From positions 620,001-684,000 of the forward strand of contig OZ237757.1 of NCBI GenBank assembly GCA_965178125.1: a DNA stretch of 64,000 nt, written 5' to 3'. How positions within the stretch are numbered: the first letter of the stretch is position 1; each line of letters starts with the position of its first letter. The position numbers were made by a program, and so were the translations under genes. The notes under the pieces are model-generated. The model had not been told where the DNA came from, did no database searches, and saw nothing but the letters and a program-made list of their open reading frames with translations. Of this stretch, positions 1 through 15,000 are shown one piece after another. Source of the stretch: Bilabrum cf. latius (Eukaryota).

Positions 1-3000
1 CCTCCCACACGACTCTGATTTCCACAGCGGACAGCACCTGCAGCGCAACAGCTGCTGGGGGCCCAGGCACTCGCATTCGCGGGATGGCTGAATGTGTCGC
101 GGCATATGGTCCATCGCCCCTGTCATTTGTTGCCAAAATCCTCACGTAGTAGCGCTGCCCTGATGTGAGACCGTCAATGTTAGTGTAGAACTGGCGCTCG
201 CTGCGCGCAGTTGAACTCGTGATCGTAATTGCTGCAGGGTCGTCCACCACCACGCTATAGTCAGACACGTTTTGATCCACGAAAGACTCGCTTAGCGACC
301 ACTATACGAGGTACTAGAATACGGGAGAACCACCATCCTACTAGGGGTACTGCCACGATAGCTTGAGCGACGTATCGGAAAGCACGTGTAGTGCGGATAC
401 CCTCGGAGCGCCAGGCGCCGTTCGCGGCAGTTCGAATCGGGGGTGGGTGAACGTGGATGGTCCGAATCCATTCAATGCATTCTTCGCAGCGACTCGAACT
501 CCGTAGGCACGTCCTGCTTCCAGCCCCCCCAGCTAAACCGTGTACAAACTGGTGGAGCCAACTGCTTCTAGCTATACTACAGCATAGTCACGAGGAAGCA
601 CGCCTGTCTGAACGACAGCAACCTCAGCGTCTGCTCCCGGACCAGTGATCGCAGAGGTGGAAATCTCTAGCGTTGGAACATCTCCAAGTTCCCCGACAAA
701 GGTGACAACCCAATCGTACCCCAACCCATTCGCGCGTCGCACAACAGACACATCAGACACGGCAGCAAGAGCTTCAAGGCGGTTCTCAAGCATATCTGAA
801 GAAGCCTCCACATCGATGAGTTCCGTGCGCTCCCCACGGAAACCTAGCTCAAAGTACCCGCCAATTGGCTTCTATCCCTGTCTCTCGGTTACAACGGAAG
901 CAACCACATTTGTTCCTGACCAGCTGGTTCCAGGTAGCGTGATCATCTCTGGCACATCTCCCACGTGTGCCGTCTCTATGAACGTGATGCGCCAGTTGAA
1001 GCCGTTCCCGGATACCCATACGGAGTAGTCGCCCTACACTGGCCCGTTCCATGTGCCAGGCTGTAGCGCAGCATTAGGATCAGCTGCCTTTGACAGGACG
1101 AACGAATCAGCACCTCCAGCACCTGCGGATCCAGGCGCTCTAGAAGCATCTGATGTCACTATGAATGTGTTGGCTGTCTCCGAGTCTGCATGGTCAAAGG
1201 CAGTCAAAAGTCGGACTGCAGTGACCCCGGGCTGAAGAGCAATTGTATCAACAGTGCTATCCAGACGCGTCACATGCACGAATCCAGTGCCATTAGTTGG
1301 GTCGATTTCCTGGCGGGCCCTGTACAGGCCAGGCAGTCTCTTCCACGACGGTGTTCTAACGACCTCAACGTTCTGCACAGAACCAGTCCTCTCCAGGATT
1401 GCTTCCAGCTGACTGGCGGTGGCATCGTGCGGGATGTCTTCAGACACCTCCGAGCCAAACTGTACTCTGAAGCTGCCCTGGATATCATTCAAGTCTGCTG
1501 TCGTGCTCACAACCTGCACTTCTTCCACTCCGGACGGGCGGGCGGTCCCAATCGCGCGCGCTATTGCCGACACAGTGATCACCTGGACTTCATAAACAGG
1601 TTCCGACGCGAAACGTTCAACCCTGTATGACTCAACTGGACTGCCACCATTGTCCGATGCCGCTGAAAACTACACTTGGAGCTGGGCTGCACTTGCAACG
1701 GATAGTTGGGGGCTCAATACTGGCCCTGGCTGGGTTGAAACGAGTACTCGAGCACTCGACTTCGCTCCAGTGCTTGCACCCCTGCTGTTAAATGCGGTCA
1801 CACGTGTGGAGTAGCCATTGCCACTCTCCAGCTGGTTGACGACCACTCGTAATGGGTTGGTCCCGCGCACCAACTCACTAGCGAACCCACGCACGTTCAT
1901 TCCGATGCAACCGGAGGTATCGACACCCATGATGCCGAGATTTCCGGCACCTCGTACAGTCTCGTGGCTTGTGTGAGCGAATTCAACCTTCCATTGGTAG
2001 CCATCGCGAGGTCCATTCTGGATCGCACGCCTGGTCACAGACGTTGCATGAATAGTCGGTAGCCTCTACAGTGCACTCCGAAGCTCTTGGGCCGAGACGT
2101 CGCCTGGCAATGGCTGCGTTCTGTGGCCCTCAAACTCAACAACAAACGTGGATGTTTCGTTAAGCAGGCCGACTGAGTCAACCACGATTGCCTGCACTTC
2201 TCGAGTGAACGAGCCGGGCACCAGATCGGCATTGCCATCTTGTACACCCCGTACTTCCACCTTGCCACCCCTGCCTAGTAGAGTGGATCCATCTACCAGC
2301 AGCAAGCCGATATTTCCGCGCGGCTCGTGCATGGTGATCGCCCATCTGTATCCGTTGGCATACGGCTTGCGCTGTACCTCGACAGCATCAACAGCTCGTC
2401 GGTACGCCCCGGTCAGCTGCTCGATTTCAAGCTGCACGTCTCTGTGGCTTGCATCCCAGCGCAAACGATCAGAAACGATTCCGCCGTACTGTATTGTCCA
2501 GTATCCACCACGTCCATTCGACGAAGCAAATGAAGTCTCAATCACCTGAATTTCCGGCAACAGCTCGATGACGCTGCTGCCATACGTGGATGTCCTAGTA
2601 CTGAACATGCTGTCGCTGTCCCACTCGACCAGATACTTGGTAATAGGTTCTCCACCATCCGTGTCAGGTTCGCTGTAGAAGACCTCGATTTCCGTACCGG
2701 TTCCAAGATTATTCGCGAATACTCCTACCGGTTGAGCAGGAACAAATCCGATTGAGGGAGTCGTCACACGCACTGACCCAGCTGGAACCATGTTGTCCGA
2801 CATGCCGCCTTCGACTGACACGGATCTGACATTAACGGTGTACGTCGAGTTTTCCTTCAATGACGTGTATCCGGGCCAAGTTCTGGCGTTCATGTTGGAT
2901 TCGATGGCAATACGGCTAACAACCTTTGGCTTCTCAGATAGCGTGGCATTGGGACTTGCCAGTGCGATCGCACAGTTCGTCTCCGTTGCCTCATAGTCTA

Positions 3001-6000
3001 CAGACAAAGGCAGCGGCCTTCGAACCCCGATGGGGGTACTTCCGAAAAATCGCACTTCGAATGTGTATCCCCACGGTGAAGCTGTGCGGCCCTCGCCGAA
3101 CCGTCGAACCTCAACCGCAAGGGACCCCTCAGGGGCGCCGTGACCAGATGCGTCCACGGCCTCCTGGATGCTAGCACGTACCGCTTCAGCAGTTGCATTC
3201 CAGCCAATACACGTCGGTGCAGTCGCAATGTAGCTACCGTAGCTTATGACGTACTCTGAATAGCTTGGGGGCTGTGTCGCCACAGGATCCTTGTGGGTGA
3301 TCGTCTGGATCTGAGCATTCGAGCCGCTCGTGAGACTCAAATCCCCGCTAGATGGCGGGTGTGTACTTCGCGTCACCAGTCTAGCTCCAACGCCTGTGAA
3401 TATCCCACCAGCAGCAGCCAAAGCGGCATCGTCCGTTACGTTATCACTGTCCGCAAAGTTGTCGCCATCGATCCATGCCGATCCTAAAGCGTCAGCCCGG
3501 CTCTCGTTGGAGCTGACTGGGATTGCCAGCGAGGTCCATGGTTCGCTGGTGTGAGAGAGCAACGCGATTCTCAAAGTCTAGCCGCCAGAAGAGACCTCCC
3601 AATCAGTACGCCCATGCTCCGGGGCAACGTGATCGTTTGCAACTGATGCATCTAATACCGAATAGTTGGCGGCAGTCTGCGAGTCTCGTGCAAGAGCCAG
3701 ACTAAAACCAGATGCATCAAGTGATCCGTCAAGGACCTTAAAAGGCCCGCGCCCTGCAATCCAGACATATTCGAACTCTTGCATAGCACCAGGCGCCCTA
3801 GATGCCGCTAGAATAGACCGAGGATCAAGCGACGTGGACACACGGGGGCTGTGTGGGCTCACAAACGCAGATCCAGGCATCTTGCGACGCGTAGTAGATA
3901 CCGTAACATGCGCCCTCCCGACGCTTGGAAGAGCCTCAATAGCTTCAAGGACACGATCTGCAGTCTCGTTGATAGATTGGATGGGTCTTGTTCGCTCGTC
4001 TCCGAGCCACAGCCTGAAAGCTCCTGACACCGAGCCGGCAATCGCGCTGCTCTCGACGCGCACAGCATCGAACACCTGCACGATCGCATCTGATCCTTGG
4101 ACTTGAGAGTTATCAACAATGAGCTCTGGAAAAGATGCGCTGGGTGACAATCCTTGAAGACTTACCGACCACTACGTACCAACGTACTGTAGCTCGGTGT
4201 CGTACCGACTGTCGAAGTACGGCACGCGTGCCTGCTCCTGAACAACTTCGACATCCAGGTCATCGGAAATCACTGCGACAACACCAGCGCGTATCTACGC
4301 AGCAGATGCATCGATCGGAATCAACCCGCTTCGTCGGCCCTCGCACTCAATCCTGAAGAAGCCGCGCATCGAAACAAGAGTTGGTGCCAGCGCCAGGATG
4401 GCTACTTCGCTCCTCACGCGCTGCATGCAAGCCCCCTGGTAGACGCCGTCGAAAAACCCATCGCAGGTCTCCTTGGGACCAGCCAACAAAGATCCCGTGC
4501 CTTGCCGGTACGCTCCCGGTACAGAGGCCTCTGATTTGGCCGCGAGAGCGCCCAGCGTCCTCACAGAGGTCCCTGTCGACCCCGCACCACTACGTGCTGT
4601 GGTTGCATTGGAAACAATCGAAACGGATGCTCGCCGTAGCGCGACCTATGCCACAGACAAAACAGGAAGCGTTCCATTGGATAGCAGTTCAATTGACCAG
4701 AAGATGCCGCCGGACGGTAGTACGCCGCCAGCGGTGGAGTTTCCATTCGCATCGATTTCTGACTTGGATACAACGGTGGCTCCAAGCCCTGATACGCTCT
4801 TGAGGGCTATTTTAACCGACTCTGCGCTAGCATCCCAAGCAATTCGAGCACTCGGTCCGACTATGTTTGACTGTTCATGCAAGTCCACGAGTGCATCCGG
4901 GCGGTTCTGTGATCCGACAATAATCTCGAACCATCCTTCAGGGGCATCTTTGATGCTTTCAAAGGCAAGCTCAACAGTGAAAATTGCAGAATTCCCAGCG
5001 TTGTCGACATCATTGAGGTCAATTATGATGTCAGTGATGTCAGAGCCACCATCGTGAGGCAGAGCCGAGAGGCTTATCGCAACCGAAGATGCACTCAGCG
5101 GCTCAATGTTGACGCTCTCTGCCCTGAATGGGGAAGGCAACTTGGCCGTGCTCATCCGCAAGGCAGTCGCAGCCATGCTCTTGGTTGACTCTAGCGTAGA
5201 AATGTGAGATCCAATAAACTTCCCAAACTCCGAAGGGCTGATGTCGTCGCCAGGCATGTATTGACCCGCATCAACTGAAGAGTTGGCGTAAGCTGTAGCA
5301 TACACATATCCGCCAGGCAGCTAGACTGCGTCTGATCGCAAGAACTGTATTTCTGTTGCTCGCTCGCTGCGAACAGTTGTTACGCTTGTCATGGAATTGG
5401 GCCCAACAAGTGCAGCTTGCAGTTTCAATCCTGCATCGCTAGCGGCGCCGAACCGAGACAGAACCTTGATGGACCAGGCCACGCACGAATTTCGGTTGCT
5501 TTCGGAGCAAGTCCCTGCACTGAACGCTGTGGAGCTAGGCATTACGGATGGCTCTGGGAGGGATACCAGCACACGGCCAAGAGAGGGAAGCCTAGCCTCT
5601 ACCTTGCGCCTGACATCATCTGCCGAATCTGCGCTGCTGATGATGGTGCTGTCCCCATCGAACGACAGCGAAACCTGGATGGGCTCCCCAGTGGCCTTGA
5701 TGAGTGGCTGCCCGGGCATGGCAAGCGATCGAACAGCGACACTGTACTCGTCGCCTTGGAATGACTGCAGGTTAAACTCATATCCAGCTAGAGCACTCGC
5801 GGCCACATCAGTGTCGGTCGCAGCCGCGCCAGAATCGGCAACCAGTACTTCGGCCCCTAACACCGTGCTAAGGACCTCAGCAGAGGAGCTCGTAGAATCT
5901 ACCACCGATGCTGTCATGCATGGCGCCGCTGGGCAAGCAAGCTGCTCGTTGAGACCGTTAATACTGATCGTCCACCGGAATGTATCATCGGGTCCAGGTC

Positions 6001-9000
6001 CATACCGGTGCACCGTGCTCTCAGTGCCTCTCCCGACAAGCTCTGTGACGACTGCTTGAAACTCCGTTGCTGTGGCATCTAGCTGAATATCGGAATATTG
6101 ACGTACGTATAAAGCGGCTGACTTTGCGGACAATGAAGGGGTAGCCAGCGAAAATTCACCGTTCACCAGAGTCACCTCAAACTCGTCGCTTTGCAATTCG
6201 CTATCCTGATGCCAGACCAGCTTCACTCGAGTGCCATTGCGAAGGCCGGCGCCCCGTAGGGTGCCATTCACGGGCTGCAGCACGGTGCGAGGCTATGAAA
6301 TTTCCACGATTCCCGCGTGCGTGCTCTGCACATACATGTCAACAGCAGCAGAAGGGGTCCTATCGGCTTCGTGCTCTAGCTTGATCTAGCTGCATTTGAT
6401 GGCATCGCTGGGCGCAGTCGAGACAGTGTGCGCCCCTCCTACTCCTGCGAATCGAACGAGGTCGCCCTTCTACAGCAGAGACCGAGCATCGATGGATTCA
6501 ACCAACCGCACAGTTCTAGATCCGCCTTCTACTATGGCGCATGCTCGACAGACGAGCCGATCCAGCGGCCCGTCATATCCCACAGACAGCCGGAGTCTCT
6601 CATGGCCGGAAAGGCTACCCGAGCTCCCCTGCATCGAATACGTCTGCACGTGCAGGACGGCAGGAACGAAGGATCCCGAACCTTCGACAACTGTTGATGT
6701 CTCCACGGTGTGCTCCGCAGAGGCCGGCATCCAGTCCAGGCACATTGTAGCGTTACCAAGCGTCGCCTGCATTTCGTCAACGTTCCCGACGTGAGCTCCA
6801 AGTTGGAAAGGAACTGCATCGAACGTAACGTTGAACTCAAACCCACTGTTGCCAGAAATATCACCGGCCAAATACGACTTCTACGAAACAATCGGTTCAG
6901 ATATACCAATAACCGTTGCAAGGGCCTCACGGACTTGCTCGGACGTGCTGTCCCACGACAAGCACTCAGTTTGCCCGGAAGCGGTAGCAAGGCGGTATTC
7001 ACCGACGAGAGAGGTATTAGCCGACATAATCGCGCCAACATCCGGGATAACTCGCACCGTCTAGACTTCAAGCCGCCGTGACTCGGTACTCGCAAACTGC
7101 ACGGTGTACTTCGACGGCACCAAGCCATGGTCGCCCATTGGTGATTTTGCCAATGATGACGCAGCCACGCCAATCTAAACGTTACCATCGCCAAGGCGCT
7201 CAATGGCAAGTGTACTAGGCAGCTCAGGCCTACCTACAATTGGTACTCCAATGGGCGTGAACGACCCGCTCATTTGAGCACTTGCATCAGTGAACGATCG
7301 CACTGTTGGGGACTGGAGGCCAGATCTGGACTTTGCTAGCCGTAATGCACCGTTTGCTGACATATCAGATGACAATGCGGACACAGCACCAAACAAAACC
7401 TCACCGGAGCGCAAGCCTGTTGCTATCATGGCGAACCGGCCGCTCGACACCTCGATAGCCTCGTTGCGAACTGAACCCCGGAACGAATACTTTGGCGCCA
7501 AAAGCTCGGATGTGCACTGTCCACTGATTCCTCGACCTTCCGATACGCGGTGGACAGCCGAGCTAGCTGGAGCAGGGCTGCAACTCGCGGTCTACACCTC
7601 GAACAGCGGCACCGCTGCCATCGGCGTCGTGCCAGAGCTCGATATGGTCACTGTGAACCGCGCCGTCTGGTTGTACAGACCCGAAAGAGCCCCACATGGT
7701 GCAACCGATACTGTAGAATCATTTGTATACTCTGAAAGGGATGCTAGGCCAGATAGAGCCAACTAGATTGCGGACGCAGACGCGTCAAGCCCACCGTATC
7801 CTGATCCAGACCCGTCAACCGTGATACAGGTAGTCTCCTCAAAAATGCTGGAGTTGCCACTCGATGAGAACCTCAATGAGATACTCACAGATGCTGCACT
7901 TCCTAGATTGATTTCTATCTCTTGCACGTCAGTAGTTTCTCCGCAAGTCGATGTGAAGGACGGTGACGTGTCAAGGTCAAGCTAGAACGCGGACACCTAC
8001 GCCCCTGCAAGCTGTTCGGGCTACTGGACAAGAGCCAAGACAGAATTTGGCGAGTCCATAGAAATGCCTTTTCGTGTCGCAAGTCGCTAGACCATGCTGT
8101 ATTCTGGTGAATTGGAGTCAACTAGTGCAAGCGAGGTCAAAGATAGTGCGCTAGGGGCATCTTGTGCCGTTGGGCCAGGTCGCACAGCGTGTGGGAGCGG
8201 TACGGTCACCTCCTGTTGTCTGACCTATGCAAGGACGAACTTTCCGTGGCCGTAGCGAGAGTACGACGTAACTCTAACGTAGTACGCATTGCTTGGGGCT
8301 AGACCACCGATGACGTGAGAGAACCGTTGCCTGCCAACTCGGGTCTGGGGCTCGCCACGGCGAGCTTTGGACACGGTTACATGCGCTGCTGCAGCGGATG
8401 GCTCGAGCAGTGGAAGATCCTCGGGAAAATCAATAAAGGTGATCAGTGTTCTCACTGCAGTACCAGTCTAGCATATTGCAGTGTTCCCTGCGTTGCTGGC
8501 CGACACGCCGCCAATGAAGTGCAAAGCGGACTGCAATGTAACCGCCAATTCATCAGATGTCATGTCAGGGCGGATCGCCGCAACTTCAGGCTGGCCGCGG
8601 AATGATATTGAGAAGTCGCCACCGGCTGAATCGGAACAGTAGAGCGCCTGCACGTCCGATCTGTGAGCTAGTGAGGCCGAAGGCTGGCACTGGGCTGAAC
8701 CGGTCAGTCCGGTGCCATCGACGGCAATTAATCCGGCCAAGTTTCCGCTACCATATGGCAGGACACGCTCAATTTCAATCTCCCAAGTGTATCCATTGCC
8801 AGCAACTGTGCGCCGCACCTCCACCGTGGATCCTTGCAGCACGGGGAGACTTTCAATCGCGCCCTTTACAGTCGTCGAATTCGAGTTGAAAGGCAGCTGC
8901 GCTGTTCGGATTCCCCCAACTATGAGAGCAAACGTCCCGCCAAGGCTGGAATCGCTGCAGCCTACGCTGATCTACTGCACGTCGGTCAGCGGGGCAGCAA

Positions 9001-12000
9001 CTGATGCAAGGACGATTGCAGCTCCAAGAGGCGTACCGCTGTTCGAATCGAAATCCACGCTTGTGTCCCATTCAACTCCGTAGTGGGACACTGGGGCCCC
9101 GCCATCCTGCAAGGGCTCTTCCCAGTGTACACGAAGTTGAGTCTCTCCCTTAGGCTCGACCCTCGCTGTTCGGGGCGCATCTGGTACTTGGGGTGCAGGC
9201 ACCCGACTTGGCGGGAAGCTGATTCTTGGCTCTGAAGTTCCCTTCGAGTTTTGGGCAAACACTCTGGCATACACGTGCCCACCGTCATATCCTGGGATAG
9301 CGGATGCTAGCAAATCGTACTGACCGACCTGTATGACGTTTGCCACGAGTTCGGCGCCGGGTTCGACGTCCAAATTGTGGCTATTCAACCGCAGTGGCCT
9401 GGCTGCCGTAGTAGTATCACCTAGTACACTGTTATCAACACTACCTGACCGCGCAGTGTGACTGACAACTTGCGTAACTCGCCACTAAAAGCCGTTGTGC
9501 ACTACTGTACGCTCCACTTCTGCCGCAGCGATCGATGGCAGACTCATTAGGGCAGCTTGCACGACCTCGGCATTAGAATCAGATGCGAGAGGCATGGTCT
9601 TCTCTTCGATGTAAACTGGCGTGTACATGCGGTTGTCGCTGCTACCGATTCGGTCGTAGGTAGCCTTGCGAATAACCTATGATTCTTCGTCGTGTCCAAG
9701 CAGAACCAGGCTCGCCGACGCGGCCCGAACGCGAAAAGTCTCCCCGATGATGGGGTCTCCAATACGGACTCGGTCCCCTTCATACAGGATCTGAGAGAGA
9801 TCATTGTTGACAGGAACGACACCAGGCGTAATATAGGCTGTGAGTAGCTCATCAGAGCCTACGACAGCCGAGGCAGCACCGACCGCAGTAGAGAGCAGGA
9901 AGATTGGCTGATCAACAAGGTCATACTCAGACCACACGTGCACCTCTCCGGGTGCTTCAGCTTTGGCCAACACAAAGGATGAAATGTTGAGTGGAATGGG
10001 GCTACTGTCAAAACTGGCGCTCCGATAGACGCGAAGTACATTGCCGCCAATCATGACTAGCTCGCCGGCTGCCAAAGCAACTTGAAGACTACCCAGTCCG
10101 CTTGTCTTTCTTACCACTGATGAGCCTCGAGCAATGCTAAATAGCATTCCAGAGCTCCCACCAAGCTGTTGCGTGAAACGGCCATAAAACCCATCTCGAA
10201 TCGCGATAGTGAAGTTGCCCTCAACTCTCCCCCGATTGGCGTCAACCGTAATGCGCTGTATAGTCCTGTCACGTTTGGAACTATGCATGGCCAGGGATGA
10301 CTCCATAAACTGGCTAGAGTCGCTCCATTGGATTGCATACCCAGTTGTTGTTGGGTGTAATACCTCGTCGTGTTGATCATACTCGACGCGCAGAGACGCC
10401 GGTCCATGGGGTCGCAATTGCACTCGCTCGACTTCGGCAGGCAAATCAATTGGCTAGATAGCCTCAGGGACCGTTGCGATCGATGAACTGCGCCCATTTG
10501 CGTTCTTTGATTGCACCCTGAAGTAGTATGTAACTCCTTCACTTAGTCCTTTGACATCGAATGAAACCCTTCCACTCCTGTCTTGGAGTTGTGCGGAGTC
10601 CAACACGGTTTCCTTGTAGCCATCTGGGGTGACTCCAGCCACTGTACGAGTCACGCCAACAGACACGTTGGTACCAAGCACGCCAATATCGTTCACCTCA
10701 ATGTGAGGCAGGACGTCAACTAGGTGGCCGAACCTGCGAAGCTCAGCGGTGTTGGGGTTCACCTCCGAGTCAAAGGATACCTCGATCTCCATTTTGCGGT
10801 CCAACATGGCTGCTAGCTACGAAGCCAAATCAGCAGTACTGTTGTCAGATGCAGTACCAACATTGAGAGCAGATGGAGACGCTGATGCGCTGATAAGGGT
10901 ATAGTTCGAAGACGAATCATTTCTTGCAAACCTTCTGAGCGTAACCGATACAGGGCCTAGGGAATGCAGAGACTCCAGCTGCTCGCGGACCACCAGTGCC
11001 GAGTCCGACGAACGGATCGGTCCCGTTCGAGGCACCGAGAAGGCATCAACCTATTGTATTGTCCCCCCTTGTACAACCGCAGACACTAAACAGTCCGCAG
11101 CGTCGGCAAGAGGAAGGACTGCAGCGGTGAATGGTTGGCGGTCAGACCCATGGACGCGGAAAACCTGCCCCGCTACAGAAATCCGGTCGCACCTCTAAAC
11201 AAACGGTGTGAGATCCTGAGAAGTTTTCACCACCGTTGCTTGGGTGACGGATACGGTAAGCGATGCGCCCTGCATGTCAACTACTCGGTTTTGTACAACT
11301 CGGAACCGAGGAACAGCGCTGGTGGTGCTCTAGAATGCGTCAGGCCCGAACGTAACCTGCCACACAAATGCTTGCAGTCCAACGCGCTGGCTACTCTCGC
11401 GCCGAGAGACGATCACGTCACCGAGGTTAGCAAGGCGTTCAAGCGCATTCTCGACTCTACCTGGTGCAGCATTTGCCGGAATCGGTTCCGTTAGCTCAAC
11501 GGATCTGGCAGCACAGTCTCTGCAGGTTGTCGTATCGAACTCAAGCCTGAACGTGGAAGTTGGGCGGGCACTGTGTGAGCCTGCTTCAACGGAAATAGAC
11601 TGCTACGCCAGCACATCAACTGTCCCAGGCAGCTTGGCATCCAGATAGAATCCAAATCCAAGCGTGAACCATCCGCCAAACAATGACACGCTAGCATCGG
11701 TTCCACCCACGGCTTGACTGACGTCACCTATGCTCCTAATTGTAACTGTCTGCACTTCAGTACGACCAAGATGAGGTTCGACCCTGTTGCGCATGTATTG
11801 CTGCACTACGTACGAATCAATAGAGTTGCCGTTACTGTCAGGACGTAGCCAAGAAAGACGAACGGATGGTCCAGCTGCGTCCAATGCAGACGCAAGGACG
11901 TCTGCAGGCGCATCCGGAAGGCCTGATGCGACCGCACTCTCCGGGAACGTAATTGCGGGCCCGCTGTACCTTTGTGCAGCATTGTACGCGAACACTCTCA

Positions 12001-15000
12001 CGTAGTACCGTTTCCCTTCCTCGAGTCCTACAGTGGAGTCATTCAGCGGATATCTTGAGCCTAGACCACTTGGTGGTACATCTGGAATCACGTACGACCT
12101 CAGATCTCGTGGGTTGCCGGTGGGCGGCACAGTCAGGATCGCCCACCCTGCAGGTATAGCAAGGCCACTCAAAGGATCCACCTTTGAGTTGAACGACGGT
12201 CTGAGGTCCCATTCAACCTTAAACTACGTTACTTCATCGCCTCCATCGAAGACATTGGAGCGAAGCAGTACCTGAAGGCGGTTCTGCGAGACTCGTCTGA
12301 GCAGCGGATTCGCTGCGTCGCTGAACGGACTAACTGGCGCCATGGGTGGCTGTTTCGGGGGCGCTACGGAGGCTGGCGAGCTAATGGCAGCCGGACCAGC
12401 GCCCAGGCTGTGGATTGCCATAGATCGGGCGTAGTATGCCCTGCCAGGCTGCAGATGCTCAATCATCCCGCTTGAGGCCTCAGAGCCGCCAGACTTGGCT
12501 TTTACCGAAACACACGTTACTGGCGTACTGACCGAAAACTGTGCCACGGCAACGTCCTAGCCTGATGAGCAGTATCCGCGCGGACGCACACCGACTACCC
12601 TATCTAGTGAATTGACGTCGTTTTCGATTGCTCCGGACATCGGTACTCCGTCGGCCAAAACATCTGCCGTTTCCAACTCTAGCAGCGGAACTCCACCGGG
12701 CAGGCTCACACTCGCGCCGTTCGACGAAACGTTGCCGCCGTCGCCAACGAGCGTGAGGAACGTCACTTTCCACTCGTATAGGCCATTGAACGATGCAGAT
12801 GGTGCTGAAAGAGCAGTGCGCTCCACAGTGACATCCCCTGAGTTTGGCATGGACTCGATGGCAAGCTCAACGTCTCGCGCCGTGGCCGTTGGCAGTATCC
12901 TGGGACTTCTGCGGGCTGAACGGTCATAGCAGGCACCGCAAAAGGACGTGTCAAGGGTGAATTGCATCCAGCCAGTGAGATCTGCTTGATTCGTTATGAC
13001 TGATGCAGCTGGGCGAATCACCTGAACATCACAGCGGTACTGGTACGTGGAGTTGGTGTCCGTGCAATGACCGAGCGGCTCTGTGCTCCATTCAACCCTG
13101 TAGTTTTCGATTTCGTCTCCGCCAGAGTCAACGGGCGGATTGATATCGATTCGTAGTGTGGTACCGCGATGTCGCATGGAGGATGCCTCCTGCTCTGAAA
13201 CCTGTCCCAGGGCCACGAAGCTGGGCTCCAGCGGCAGAACGAAGGGTTTCGCTGAGAGTGTTTCCGATGCGGGCCCAAAACCCAGTGAATTTGCTGCTTG
13301 GATCCGTACGTATATATCAACGCCTTGTTCGATCCCACTTATGGTGTAGAAAAGCTCGTCGCCAGCAGGCATGCCCTCGGGCACGATTGGTGAGCTCAAC
13401 TCGTCCACCGTACCGTTCCAACCAGCGCTCATTGGGCGGCCGGACCGGCTATCAAAGGTAGGCGATGTGTCAAACTCCACCCTATATTGCGTGTTGTTCA
13501 CTCCAACGGATGGCCCAGCCCTAAATGAGAGCTTAAGCTCGTCTTTGGAGAACAAGTTCGCGGACTGCGGGGCGCTGAGCACTATGTTAGACGGAACGGT
13601 AGGCAGCGAGCGGGCCACAAGCTGTGGTTCACACGAGTCAAGGTTGCGTTGGCATACCGGTAATGCATATCCTGGGGTACCAAGGCCGGCCTCGTTGATT
13701 GGGACGATTCTAATGCTGTATATTGCTCCAGGTGTGAGCCCCCGGAGCGTGTGTTGCAGCGCAATGGACCCACCACCTGCGGAGCTTCGAAGCTCGATGC
13801 AGTCGGTAGCATTGCCAGTTCCACACAGCAGCCCAGCTCCCAATGCAGACTGCGCAACGAGGCCGTCTTCTCCGAAAGCCGCCGGCAGGCTATTAGAAAC
13901 GGCAGCTTGAGTTAGCGCGCTCGACTGCGGTGAAACATCAATCCACTGAACAACATACCCAAGCAGCAATGATCCTCTGAGATCCTACGGCGACTCCCAG
14001 ATGATATGCATTGCCGATGCGTAGTTTGGCTGTGCAAAAGCCTGGACGTTCTGTGGGGCCTCAGGCACGCCCATTGGCGTCGCTAGCCCAGCCAGCGAAG
14101 GCGCACCCTGTCCAATGGCAGCCACGGCGCGAGCCCGAATATAGTACGTCTGCCCGGCCTTCAGCCTGCCACCCTTACTAAGCTCTTCGGTAGCGACCCG
14201 TAGCCCAACGAGAGGGGCTCCAGGTGCGCCAGCGATGGCTTCGCCTCCACATTCGCCCTGAGTATCCACAACATCGATTGCAGGTATGTCTCCAGTTAGC
14301 TGCGTACCGACGAAGTTGATGTAGTACTGGCGCAAATCACCCTCTGTGATGTAGTCCGAGACAGTCTTGATTCGTAATGAGACAGAAATCACTGGCTAGG
14401 TTCCAGACATGCCAAAGAGGTCGGTAATTGCATCTGCAACAGCTGCTGAAGATGCATTTACGTTGATGCAGCCCGACTAGTTGTTCCCTAATGAAAGCCT
14501 GTACTATCCGAATGCCAATCTACCAGAATCTGCAGAGAATGCGACTACTTGAACCTCTGACCCTGCCGCAAACTCGCAAGGCCGCGCATCTGAGCACTCC
14601 CGGATTCCGTCAAAGGCAGCTGAGCCATTCGTTACGAAGTTCGGCTAGTCGTGAACAACACCAACGCAGTTATCGCGACCGCGGCTATCAACTCCACGGG
14701 CCGCACCTTCATTTCGGCACTTGCTGTCGAAAGAAGGCAGCTCATCAATTTCCACCCGCCAGAACTCGATGGCGGAGGTAGCGCTTGCAGTGCCGTCTCT
14801 CGTGAAGAAACCTATATCATTGCGATCCGGATCAGTAATGCGCACCTAAATTTGGTCATTTGCGTCTATAGGGGAAATTGTTGTAGAAATGTACGGCTTG
14901 GGTGGACGTTGCGTTTCTGGCGCTACCGCCTCCGGGGCGGACACTGCTGCGTAGCCATACCCCCCACCCCTTGTGTAGGCCCTGACTCGAACAAAGTACG